DNA of 63,075 nt, counting the filler, from Diploschistes diacapsis (Eukaryota), in assembly GCA_023645945.1 (NCBI GenBank). It is 35 parts of 35 records of this genome, joined end to end, with 100 filler letters (N's around TTAATTAATTAA, not from the genome) between each part and the next. Parts side by side here need not be neighbours in the genome. Positions count along the whole stretch, not along the records: positions 51,674 to 52,852 come from JALAIB010003705.1; positions 52,953 to 54,131 come from JALAIB010003706.1; positions 54,232 to 55,409 come from JALAIB010003707.1; positions 55,510 to 56,687 come from JALAIB010003708.1; positions 56,788 to 57,965 come from JALAIB010003709.1; positions 58,066 to 59,243 come from JALAIB010003710.1; positions 59,344 to 60,521 come from JALAIB010003711.1; positions 60,622 to 61,798 come from JALAIB010003712.1; 27 more parts are not named here. One strand, 5' to 3'. This document shows positions 52,612 to 63,075 of this stretch, in pieces. Every line of letters begins with the position of its first letter. The first letter of the stretch is position 1. The position numbers and the translations under genes are program-made. The notes below the pieces were generated by a model that was not told where the DNA came from, did not search any database, and saw nothing but the letters and a program-made list of their open reading frames with translations.

Positions 52612-53551
52612 GGGTTAATAACGTATATGTATAGCGAGCGGACATTCATAGCGAACGAATATCTTCCATCCGATTTTACGAACTTTCAACTTTTATATTA
52701 ATTTTCTACGCGTACGATTATAGAATCATCTTTAATTAAAAATAGAATCATAATAACATTTTAAGCTATTAAATAAAACTTAAATCTTAATATAAAACGT
52801 TTATTTTAAATATATAAAGTTTTTCGTATAACACTTATGACTCGACGCGATGNNNNNNNNNNNNNNNNNNNNNNNNNNNNNNNNNNNNNNNNNNNNTTAA
52901 TTAATTAANNNNNNNNNNNNNNNNNNNNNNNNNNNNNNNNNNNNNNNNNNNNGTTATATATTTAGCGCTATTTAAATCAAATAAACGGAGGTTTAGTTCG
53001 TTTATTTAAACCGTTTAAATAGAAGTTTAGTTCGTTTAGATATCACGTAACCCGTGTTACCGTAATTGGTTTATATATAAAAAAAAGCTGGGACGTGTTA
53101 AATAAATTATTAAATAATTATTTAAATCGTAATATTATCTTTTTTCTTTAGTATTATCGGCCCGATGATTCGCCGAAAGATCTGATATAAATATTAAATA
53201 AAAAAGAATCTTAAGTTATAAAATAACGATATTTTTTTTTATTTTTCGATCTTGATAACCTTAAGTTGTCCGTGATTTCTCGTAATCGTCGCCGTGTCAT
53301 TAAACGCATTAAACGTCGAAAAGAGTTTTATATTATACTTTATAATTATTGCGCTTTTACTGGTATAACTTGTCTAAAGATATCGTTTAATCGTAAAAAG
53401 TTAATCTATGCCGAATGTCGAAGGAAGGGCGTTCTTTATGTCTCTATATCGTGAAACTTAATGGAGCGTACGATAAATAATAATGAAAAGAATCTATCTA
53501 AGGTCCAGACCGAGATAAAAGATTTTTAAGACAAGCTCGTGGCCGCGCTGG

Positions 53552-54005
53552 TGTTACGATCCAAGGTACTGTTCGGCAGTACTTGGCACGCAACAGCTAG
53601 TCGGGCACTTCCCAGCTATTCCTTGTATATAGTCCAATCAGGGTAACACGGGTCACGTGATAAGTAAAAAATCTTAAAGATCATTCTATTTAGTCGTGAA
53701 TAGAAAGGAAGAACGGTAATTTTATTTATTTATTTATTTATTTTATTAAGAGAGTTGTTAATTATATAAGAACGTCACCATAGATTTTATAAATTTAGAA
53801 CGTATTTATTTTTATAGATATTTTAAGTTATTGTTCGGGATCAATCTATATTCGTTATTTTTATTATTTTAGAGCTTTTTTATTAAAGATAGTTCAAGAT
53901 TTATAACTGCTTTATCTTTTTCTTCTATCATACTTTTTTTTTAATAAAGATCAAACCCATCTTAATTTTACTCGTGTATATCTTGTATAAATAGAGATTA
54001 TAACA
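53552..54005 (+). mobile_element. LTR family F, 5' LTR
   Basis: TGTTACGATCC...TATAACA; downstream flank shared with the 56817 copy. Confidence 0.88.
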
Positions 54006-54664
54006 TTTGAATATCTTTAAGAATAAGTGTTTTAAATAATATAACCGGACGATCGTTATCGATAGTTAGATCCGCATCATTTCGAATATTTAAAATAACA
54101 ACGTCATTAAGTGAGATCGACGTCTTAATAGNNNNNNNNNNNNNNNNNNNNNNNNNNNNNNNNNNNNNNNNNNNNTTAATTAATTAANNNNNNNNNNNNN
54201 NNNNNNNNNNNNNNNNNNNNNNNNNNNNNNNTTCTTCATCTTTAACCGTTGTATACATAAGGTTAAAATAGTATTTATAATGGTATTTGAATTGATCAGT
54301 GCTCGCACGGCATGTCGTCCTGATCTAATCTCGAGAATAACCTAGATTTATCGTTTTTTTAGAACCGTTGTGCTAGTGTTTATATTTATAATACATAACC
54401 CTTCAGTCTAGTTTATAATTAAAAAGTTCTGACTTTTCCCATAACTTCTTTCTATATGGGGTATGTTTCGTTATAATGGTATCTATATTTCTTATTTTTA
54501 CAGTAAAGGTTATTCTATTTTTCGTATTTAAGATGCATAGGGTCTAACTCGTTAATTCTTATGTTTTTTATAACTTTTAATCGAAGTTTATAATCGTGAT
54601 ATGCTAGGATCATGTAATTCTTATTACGGCAGTTTTTTGGTTTATAGAACTCCGCGTGATCTAG

Positions 54665-54900
54665 TATAAACATAAGGCGCGCTGTCTAGGGAGACTTCCC
54701 TTGCTGTAGTAGGTAGGTAGTCATAGGTGGTGTAGTAGGTGAATATAGTATGATCTCGTAGTCAACAGCATACCTAAGTAAGACATTTATGAAATATAGG
54801 ATGCATTAATTGTCTAGAGCTACCTAACAGATTTCCTTATATAAAACTGCTCTAAAGGACTCGCCCTTTACCAAGTCTATAACCTATTTTTATATTTATA
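54665..54900 (-). mobile_element. LTR family E, 3' LTR
   Basis: Family match; purine tract on minus strand at ~54901-54915. Confidence 0.88.
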
Positions 54901-55659
54901 TACGACCTTCCTTTTAATAATTCGCTGCCCTATAACGAATTCCATACAAGTTTTATTAATAAGAAACCTAAATCCCGTTATCTTCCTATCCCAACGTAGT
55001 TCTATACCTTCTAAATAACGATAATATCCAGAGGCCTATCTTCTTTAATATTTCTTCTTCGATATGATAATGTTCCTGGACGTAACAGCGCTGCTGAACC
55101 TAATCTCTTATATTCCATTCTTTCGAATCACGAGGATAGAAAGGCGATAATTATTTAAAAACATCCCTAACTTCTATCATATTTATATCATATTCCGTTC
55201 TATCAGCTAAATAATAGAGCGGTGATTATTTAAAGCCATTCCTAACTTCCGTTATATCTATCTCATCCATAGATGTTCTTTTAAATAATGATATCAGACA
55301 GCACGTCCGCCGCCCTCCTTTCTCTCCCACCTATTCTCCGACCACACCTTTCAGACAAGCGGTAGCAAGCAAGCAAGCAAGAGGCAGGCAGAAAGGTCAA
55401 TATATAAACNNNNNNNNNNNNNNNNNNNNNNNNNNNNNNNNNNNNNNNNNNNNTTAATTAATTAANNNNNNNNNNNNNNNNNNNNNNNNNNNNNNNNNNN
55501 NNNNNNNNNCGTTAAGGATAATAAACCTTTAAATATTTTAATTATTAAAAAAATATAAGACTATATTAAAGTATAAAAATAACGGGATGGAAATTTCCTA
55601 TTAAAAAGATTTATATAAAGTTCGCTATAAGATAGCGAACTATCGAAAAGAAGATCGTA

Positions 55660-55894
55660 TATAAACATAAAGGTAAGCGGCAGACTTGGTAAGGGTGGTC
55701 CCCACAGGACAGCTCCATTTAAGGAGGCCTGTTAGATAGCTCTAAACAATCAATACATCCTATACCTCACAAATGTCCTACCTAGGTATGCTGTTGACTA
55801 CGAAATCACACTACATTCCCCTACTACACCACCTACGACTATCTACCTACTACAGCAAGGGACGTCTCCCTAGACAGCGCGCCTTGTGTTTATA
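55660..55894 (+). mobile_element. LTR family E, 3' LTR
   Basis: Family match. Confidence 0.9.
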
Positions 55895-56149
55895 GTAGCA
55901 AAAAAGAGATTAAGACTTTAGTTAAAATAATTAGCGAGAAACCGATTATATCTATCAAGAAATAAGTCAATAACGAAACCTATTATAATAATTATAAGAA
56001 GGAATATTTCGTTAATAACTGTTTTATGCGAGAATCTAAATCGGGAAAAAAATAGCCTCCATATAAGCTCTAAATGAAGGATCTAACAAAAAAATAAGCG
56101 ATAACGACGATGAATCGTTTCAGCAGTATAATCAAGCGATTGTAGGAAT

Positions 56150-56687
56150 TTTAGAAAAAGAATTCTTAACGGCGCCTACCTTTACGTTAAATATAATATT
56201 AAATAAAAGATATAGGAGCTTCCGTACCCCAATATTAATCGATACGAAAGTTAACGGAATATACTTTATCGATAAAGAATTTATCGAATAATTCGTAGAA
56301 CGATTTAACCACGTTTTAATTAAATTATTTAAAAAGATAAACAACATTTATGTCGATAACAAACCTTAAAGGCCTATTATCCACGTCTTTTATTTATCGT
56401 TATAATTAAAGAACCACTCGAATAATTAATTTTCTTTTATATCTTATTTAAGATCGGGAAGCACCGCGTGATTATTAAAAAAAAATGGCTGCATCTATAT
56501 AACGCGATGGTAGACTTTACTACCTCCGAGATAACCTTTAAACCGAATCATTATAACTATCTAAAATTATCTCTTATTAAAAAACGAAAAATAGTCGAAA
56601 TAACCTTAATTGTTCCTCGATTAGATCCCGAAGTAATTAGAATCGGTAAGCCTCTAATCATTAAGATCTTACCGCGTGGTATAATAG
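56150..56687 (+). mobile_element. RIPed Gypsy aspartic protease remnant
   Basis: LIDTKVNGILFIDKEF (DTGA-like) and VII..KWL...N..VDF. Confidence 0.65.
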
Positions 56688-56816
56688 NNNNNNNNNNNNN
56701 NNNNNNNNNNNNNNNNNNNNNNNNNNNNNNNTTAATTAATTAANNNNNNNNNNNNNNNNNNNNNNNNNNNNNNNNNNNNNNNNNNNNCAATAATACTTAT
56801 TCTTAAAAATGTTTAA

Positions 56817-57271
56817 GTGTTATAATCTCTATCTATATAAAGTATACACGAAGAAAATTAAGATGGGTTTAATCTCTATTAGAAGAGGAATATATCAGAA
56901 AAAAAAGATAGAATAATTATAAATCTTAGATTGTCTCTAATAAGAAGGCTTTAAGATAATAAAAATAACGACTATAAATTGATCCCGAGCAATAACTTAA
57001 GATATCTATAAAAGTGAACACGCCCTAAATTCATAAAGATCATAACGACGTTTTTATATAACCAACAGCTCCCTTAGCAGAGTAAATAAATAGATGAATA
57101 GAATTACCGTTCTTTTTTTCTACTCCCGACTAGGTAGAATGGTTTTCAAGACCTTCTACTCATCACGTGACCCGTGTCACCCTAATTAGACTATATATAA
57201 GGAATGGCTGGGAAGTGCCCGACTAGCTGTTGCGTGCCAAGTACTACCGAACAGTACCTTGGATCGTAACA
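56817..57271 (-). mobile_element. LTR family F, 5' LTR
   Basis: Reverse complement of 53552-54005. Confidence 0.88.
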
Positions 57272-57669
57272 CTTTCTACTTACTTATCTACAATTAACTT
57301 CTTACTAATCGTGACGAGAGGAAAGAAGGTAAAAGAAGAAAAAAAAGGCTATAAAACGTGCTATTAATTATATCTATCGAACGGAGTATTTACGGATAAT
57401 ATAAATACGATTAGAGATAAGGATATCTTTAAATAAGCACCGCCCTTCTGTCTAGATATATTTAGAAGAATAAAATATAAAAAGATAGATCCAGAAACAC
57501 GCTTACGTCGAAAAAAAAGTATTAAAAATAATAAACTTCTAAATATTTCAATTATCGGAAAGATATAAAACTACATTAAGATACAAAGATAAAAAGATAG
57601 AAATTTCTTATTAATAAGACTTGTATGAAGTTCGTTATAGGACAGCGAACTATTAAAAAGGGGGTCGTA

Positions 57670-57904
57670 TATAAACATAAAAGTAGGTCGCAGACTTGAT
57701 AAGGGTGGTCCTTATAGGGCAGCTCCATTTAAGAAGACCTACTAAGGAGCTCTAGACAATCAATGCATCCTACACCTCACAAATGTCCCACCTAAGTATG
57801 CTGTTGACTACGAGATCACACTACATTCCCCTACTACACCACCTACGACCACCTACCTACTACAGCAAGGGAAGTCTCCCTAGACAGCGCGCCTTGTGTT
57901 AATA
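57670..57904 (+). mobile_element. LTR family E, 3' LTR
   Basis: PPT AAAAAGGGGG upstream. Confidence 0.9.
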
Positions 57905-58373
57905 ATAGAATCCTATATCTTCTATACGTAGAATATTTGTTCTTTTAATAGCTTTCGTATTATTTNNNNNNNNNNNNNNNNNNNNNNNNNNNNNNNNNNN
58001 NNNNNNNNNTTAATTAATTAANNNNNNNNNNNNNNNNNNNNNNNNNNNNNNNNNNNNNNNNNNNNAAATAATACTTACGTAAATTACGTATATCATTTAA
58101 AAACGATTTCTTTTTTATTTTTAACGGGCTTTTTATAATACAATTATAAATTTGAAAAACGTACGAATAAACTTTAATAACATTAACTTATTTCGTACGA
58201 TATAAAAGTGATAATTAATAATTTAGATTTTAAATCTCGTATATCTACGTTTTCGAGTTCTCGTGCGACGAATTTCGTATTTATTAATTTAAATACGTCC
58301 CGTACGGCGAAAGATACTTTACGAGGTTTTATAAATGTAAACTTTAAAATTATTAAATATTAAAGTAGTTCTT

Positions 58374-58942
58374 TGTAAAAGCGGGGGTAGTGCCTGATAG
58401 GTAGCGCTATCCCACTGAGCCAAAAGACTAACCACAATGCTTTCAAAAACCCCGAAGCACTGTTTCCTATTACACTATATGTAGGTGCGTGGCTGCGGCA
58501 GTAGGCGGCAGATGTGTAACCCCGCAGGCCTTACAACTATCTTCCTTCCCCACAGTGCTGGCCCCCAGCACCTACCACGTCTCATATAACGCCCCGGGTA
58601 TATTGGATATCCTAAACTGTTTATCGCAATTATCTACAATGACTTAAAGGCCCCTGGGCATGTTCATTGCGCTCCCAAATAGATCCACATCTGTAGGCAA
58701 CAATAATGCGCAATTAATTCGATTTATATAGATGATAAGGCTGTGCTCGAACCAACGACCTAAAAACTGAAAGCATAACTGTAACAACGGGAGTAGTGCC
58801 TAATAGGTAGCGCTATCCCACTAAGCTAAAAGATTAATCATAATGCTTTCAGGAACCCCGAAGCACTGTTTCCCTATTACACTATATGTAGGTGCGTGGC
58901 TGTGGCAGTAGGCGGCAGATGTGTAACCCCGCAGGCCTTACA
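58374..58942 (-). mobile_element. Complete TRIM: LTRs 58374-58535 and 58780-58942, 244-bp non-coding interior, TSD TTCTT
   Basis: Two ~162-bp TG..CA direct repeats, TTCTT on both sides, PPT GGGGAAGGAAGA on minus strand; inserted in a RIPed pogo-like remnant whose uninterrupted homologue is near 44790-44830. Confidence 0.93.
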
Positions 58943-59618
58943 TTCTTCTATTTATTTATAGGAGTTAATTAATATATAAATTAAAGATATTTTTAAATTA
59001 ACGTATAAAATAATAGTTTTTAAAACCGAAATGAAAATATTTCGTACGGCAAAATAAAGCATTTAATAAAAGAAGAAAGATTAAAAAAACGCGCGTAGGA
59101 GTTAAAGAATTATTTAACGTTTTAGAAATAATCGGATTGTAATTTTTAAAGATCGAAATTCGTATAAAAGAAGCTGATATGTCTAAAAATAAGAATCGTA
59201 CGAAAGAGGTTAAATTGCGCGTACGACGCTGTAATAAGTATAANNNNNNNNNNNNNNNNNNNNNNNNNNNNNNNNNNNNNNNNNNNNTTAATTAATTAAN
59301 NNNNNNNNNNNNNNNNNNNNNNNNNNNNNNNNNNNNNNNNNNNAATAAATTTAAATCGATATATATTAAATTAATATTACTTTATAAAAAAAATTAACAA
59401 TAAAAAACGCTTCTTAATAATTATAAAAAACGTAAATTAAATAAACGAATTAAATTAAAAAATCGGTTTATATTTAATATAAACGAAGTTCTTAAAATAA
59501 TAATTCGGGTTAAATCGATTCGCATAATTTTAAAACGATTTATAACGCGTAAAAAACGTCGTCGCGTTTTTTAAATCAAGAAAGATAAAGAAGAGAAAGA
59601 TAGATTCAATTTAGATCG

Positions 59619-59916
59619 TGAGACAGCTCAGCCCAGGTGCCTGCCAAGCCATGCCAGGGTCACATGACAGGTGCCAGCCGTGCCAAGGATGTTAGGGGGT
59701 GGCTGTGTAGGCAGGTAGTGCCCGAACCCCGTAGGGCTGGCACCCACACACTATTTATTCCTGCCATCCTCCCACCTAGATAGTTTCTTCTTTAGCTTTT
59801 CGAATCGAGACCTTTTACCTACAGATGCCCAGCTACACGTAATCCTTCCGGATCAGGCCCAGCCCCCGATAATATAGTATCCCATTCCTGCGCTGATGTT
59901 TCATATTCGAAAAGCT
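59619..59916 (+). mobile_element. 5' LTR family D (59619-59903) plus self-complementary PBS
   Basis: TGAGAC...GTTTCA; ATTCGAAAAGCT at 59905-59916 is the reverse complement of 59794-59805. Confidence 0.88.
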
Positions 59917-60969
59917 CACTTTACCTTCGCACTCGTGACGAGAGTTTAAAACATTAATCGAATCAAGTATTCGAGTATCCATGGCAAAGAAACTTAGTGA
60001 GAGAAGTGAGTGTCAATTCGTAGCTAATCTGGAGCAAAATCTACTTATATACAGTAGATGCCAAGCATCATCGTCATAGATGATGCCTCGGCAGCGAGGT
60101 CGGCACCACCTGCCAGCAGCAGCAATCCACAAGCATCCACCAGCCAGCCCAGCAGCTATCATAATATCTCCCTATAAACAAAAGTTCATGCCCTTATAAA
60201 CATATAGCTAGCATATTTTTATCTTAAAAACCATCCTTAAAGCATCTTTTCTTATATTTATTTACCTTAGAAAAAAACCATCGATAAAAGCTTATTAAAA
60301 ATTTTTAAATAATATTATAACTTTAATTTTTTTAAAAGATTAAAAACCTTAATAATCCTTATTATTCTTATTTATAATTTATTTTTAATTTTATTTAATT
60401 TTTATAAGATCTTTATATAATCGCTTATACTCGACGATAAAATCCTCGATATATCGTAATAATTCTTTTAACGATATTTATATATTTTCGTTAACATCGT
60501 AATTCGTTTAACGTATTAAATNNNNNNNNNNNNNNNNNNNNNNNNNNNNNNNNNNNNNNNNNNNNTTAATTAATTAANNNNNNNNNNNNNNNNNNNNNNN
60601 NNNNNNNNNNNNNNNNNNNNNTTATTATTCAACGGTTATGTTCTTGAATAGTTTTTTTATAAAAGAATAATAGTTTATTTGGTTTAATATCGCGATAGCG
60701 GTCTATAGTATCTAAATGATCCTAATTTATTTATCGCTTATGCATCATTTCGGCTATTAATGCTGCTTTAATAATAATTCTTTTTATTTTCTCGACGAGG
60801 GTATCTTTTTTCGCTTTTATTATCTGGCTTTTTTTAAGCTTTATATCTGATTTTATTTTTAGTAATATGTTTTTTATTATTTCTGATATATTTCTTAATA
60901 TAGATTTGAAATTATTTTTTTATTTTAGCGACTCGTTTGTTAGTATTTTATTTTTAGATTGCGAGTCTC

Positions 60970-61338
60970 GTTCTTATTACTCGATATAATTTAAATCTTT
61001 TTTATTAAGTGAGGTAGTTTTAGATCGTTCATTTCTTTTCTTTCTTTTACTTTTTTTTATTTTAATTTGGTTGCGTGGGTTTATTTTACGTTTACGTTAT
61101 GAAGAACGTGCCATCTTGTCGGATCGTCGTCCTTAAGAAAGGTAAAGTAATTAGAATTGTAAAGGGTGGAATACGATAATATGGCAAGATGGTTATACGT
61201 AGGGCATATTCATGCTAGGACTAATTATTAAAGAAAAGGAGAGAGTAAGAAGGGCAAAATCCCCCTTCAAGTACCCGCAAGCCAAGGCCCTGAGTGCCGC
61301 TTGTCCGACTATTGGCATGCTCCTTGCTTGGCCTTACA
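60970..61338 (-). mobile_element. Element end, family A, second copy
   Basis: Reverse complement of 828-1184. Confidence 0.75.
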
Positions 61339-61489
61339 CGAACCTATACGGATAATAATTCTAATAAAATCTTCGCGATCAACGCGATAGTTTTCAATAT
61401 CGCTAACCGATAGACCGAAATAGAAATCTTTGTTATCTCGATAAAAGAAATCGATCAATAATTAAAAAAAAACGATAAGAAATAATAAT

Positions 61490-61798
61490 AAAAAACTTTC
61501 GCGATTTAATGCCTAAGGATTATCACGATTATTTAGACGTGTTTAATTACAAAAAAGTTAATAAATTATTTCCGTATCGATCTTAATAGGACTATAAGAT
61601 CGAATTAAAGAAAGAAACCGTGCTACTTAAATCGAAATTATTAAAAAGAATGTTATTAAACGAATTACAGATATTAAAGATTTATTTAAAAGAATATCTA
61701 ACGAATAAGTTTATTACGCTTAATTTAGCCGAATACGCGTCCCCGATCTTATTCGTAAAAAAACATAACGGGAGCGGATTAAGGGTATACGTCGATTA
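61490..61798 (+). mobile_element. RIPed Gypsy RT N-terminal remnant
   Basis: YHDYLDVF..DYKIEL..YASPILFVKKHNGSGLRVYVD. Confidence 0.88.
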
Positions 61799-62063
61799 NN
61801 NNNNNNNNNNNNNNNNNNNNNNNNNNNNNNNNNNNNNNNNNNTTAATTAATTAANNNNNNNNNNNNNNNNNNNNNNNNNNNNNNNNNNNNNNNNNNNNCT
61901 GGTAGGCCATTTAGGGACAATTAGATACCTCTTTTTTATCTTTTTCCATATTTTTATAAATAATGTCTTTCTGTCATACCTGAAACTTTTATATCGTAAC
62001 CTTCTCCTTACCTCTCGCAAGATGTGAAAGGGTCCTTAGACACGTCCTCAGGTTGGCCCTCAT

Positions 62064-62298
62064 TATAAACACAAGGCGCGCTATCTAGGGAGACTTCCCT
62101 TGCTGTAGTAGGTAGATAGTCGTAGGTGATGTAGTAGGGGAATGTAGTATGATTTCGTAGTCAATAATATACTTAGGTAGGATATTTATGAGGTATAGAA
62201 TGCATGAATTGTCTAGAGCTACCTAGCAGGCTTCCTTAAATGGAGCTGCCCTGTGGGAACCACCCCCACCAAGTCTACGGCCTACTTTTATGTTTACA
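62064..62298 (-). mobile_element. LTR family E, 5' LTR
   Basis: Family match; followed on minus strand by ATGAGGGCCAACCTGAGG. Confidence 0.9.
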
Positions 62299-62909
62299 GT
62301 ACTAATTATATAAAAAATATACAAAATATAAAACACATAAATAACGACGTTATAAATCTCGATACCTTAATTAATAAACCCCGTCCTAATTAAAAGAAAA
62401 GGGTTAAGAGATTTAACGAAGGATCTTCAGTTAAAGGAAAGAAATACTTCGAATATAACAAGATAGGATACTTCATCTGAAATTACCGATCTAAAAACAA
62501 AATCGTAAAGAAAGATACTTTAACCGCGACGAATTAGCACCATCTTAACGTAACTATAAGTTACCTTACAAAAAATCTAATAATCGACGGATGCTTTTAG
62601 AAGGAAATTATAGAAGAATCGGACAACATAACCTAACAAAACGATACCGACGAATCTACTAATAAAGATACCGAAATCAAACCTTTATTAATTAAACATC
62701 GATAGACGAATTAGGTTTAAAAAACACCTATATTTCGAATAACGATATAACGAAATATCGAAAATCGATAAAATAATTTATCTTGCTATATTCGAAGCAT
62801 TTCTTTCCTTTAATTGATGGTCCTTCGTTAGATCTTTTAATTCTTTTCTTTTAATTAGGCCGGGGTTTATTAATTAAGATATCGAGATTTATAACGTCGT
62901 TATTTATAT

Positions 62910-63075
62910 TAGGCTGGCCGTTTCGTGCCACGGTCACTGACACGGACACTACAGCAAAAATTTTTAAAACACGGACACTAACACGGACACGACAGTTAAA
63001 ATTTTAAAACACGGACACTAACACGGACATTATATTACAATAAAAACACGGACACGGACACTACAATTAAAATTT
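62910..63075. mobile_element. hAT-like TAGGCTGGCC family, terminal fragment
   Basis: TIR plus repeats; same end as 11216; opposite-end fragments at 12232 and 36076. Confidence 0.8.

Noticed and set aside
1185..61898. Regularly spaced TTAATTAATTAA with ~1.18-kb 'spacers' as a CRISPR- or cassette-like array
   Set aside because: Assembly linker flanked by Ns; spacing reflects size-sorted contigs

Overview
Eukaryotic, not prokaryotic: a filamentous ascomycete (Pezizomycotina-type introns, RIP) draft assembly in which 35 unrelated contigs are joined by an artificial 100-bp linker (N44-TTAATTAATTAA-N44). Adjacency across linkers has no biological meaning. One 19.5-kb gene-rich contig (12840-32366) carries RSM24 (5' part), ARG4, ALG13, an ALDH3/HFD1-type aldehyde dehydrogenase ending in -AKL, POL2, and two decayed genes (Upc2-like Zn2Cys6 factor, oxalate decarboxylase). 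The other 34 contigs are ~1.18 kb. Two are GC-rich gene fragments (PRO1 3' end, a broken hemerythrin-like gene). The rest are RIP-degenerated, nested transposon debris: Gypsy/chromovirus and Copia remnants, about nine LTR or element-end families, pogo/Fot1 and Tc1 remnants, MITEs and a hAT-like element with 72-bp internal repeats. Best novelty candidate: a complete 569-bp non-coding TRIM (58374-58942) with TSD, PPT, a Tf1-type self-priming PBS and a tRNA-like T-arm/B-box. Self-priming complementarity recurs in two other LTR families. There is also a tRNA-containing TG..CA unit (36586-36766) and an antisense Cys6 ORF in the 3' region of LTR family F elements. All calls come from reading the sequence by eye; no searches were run.
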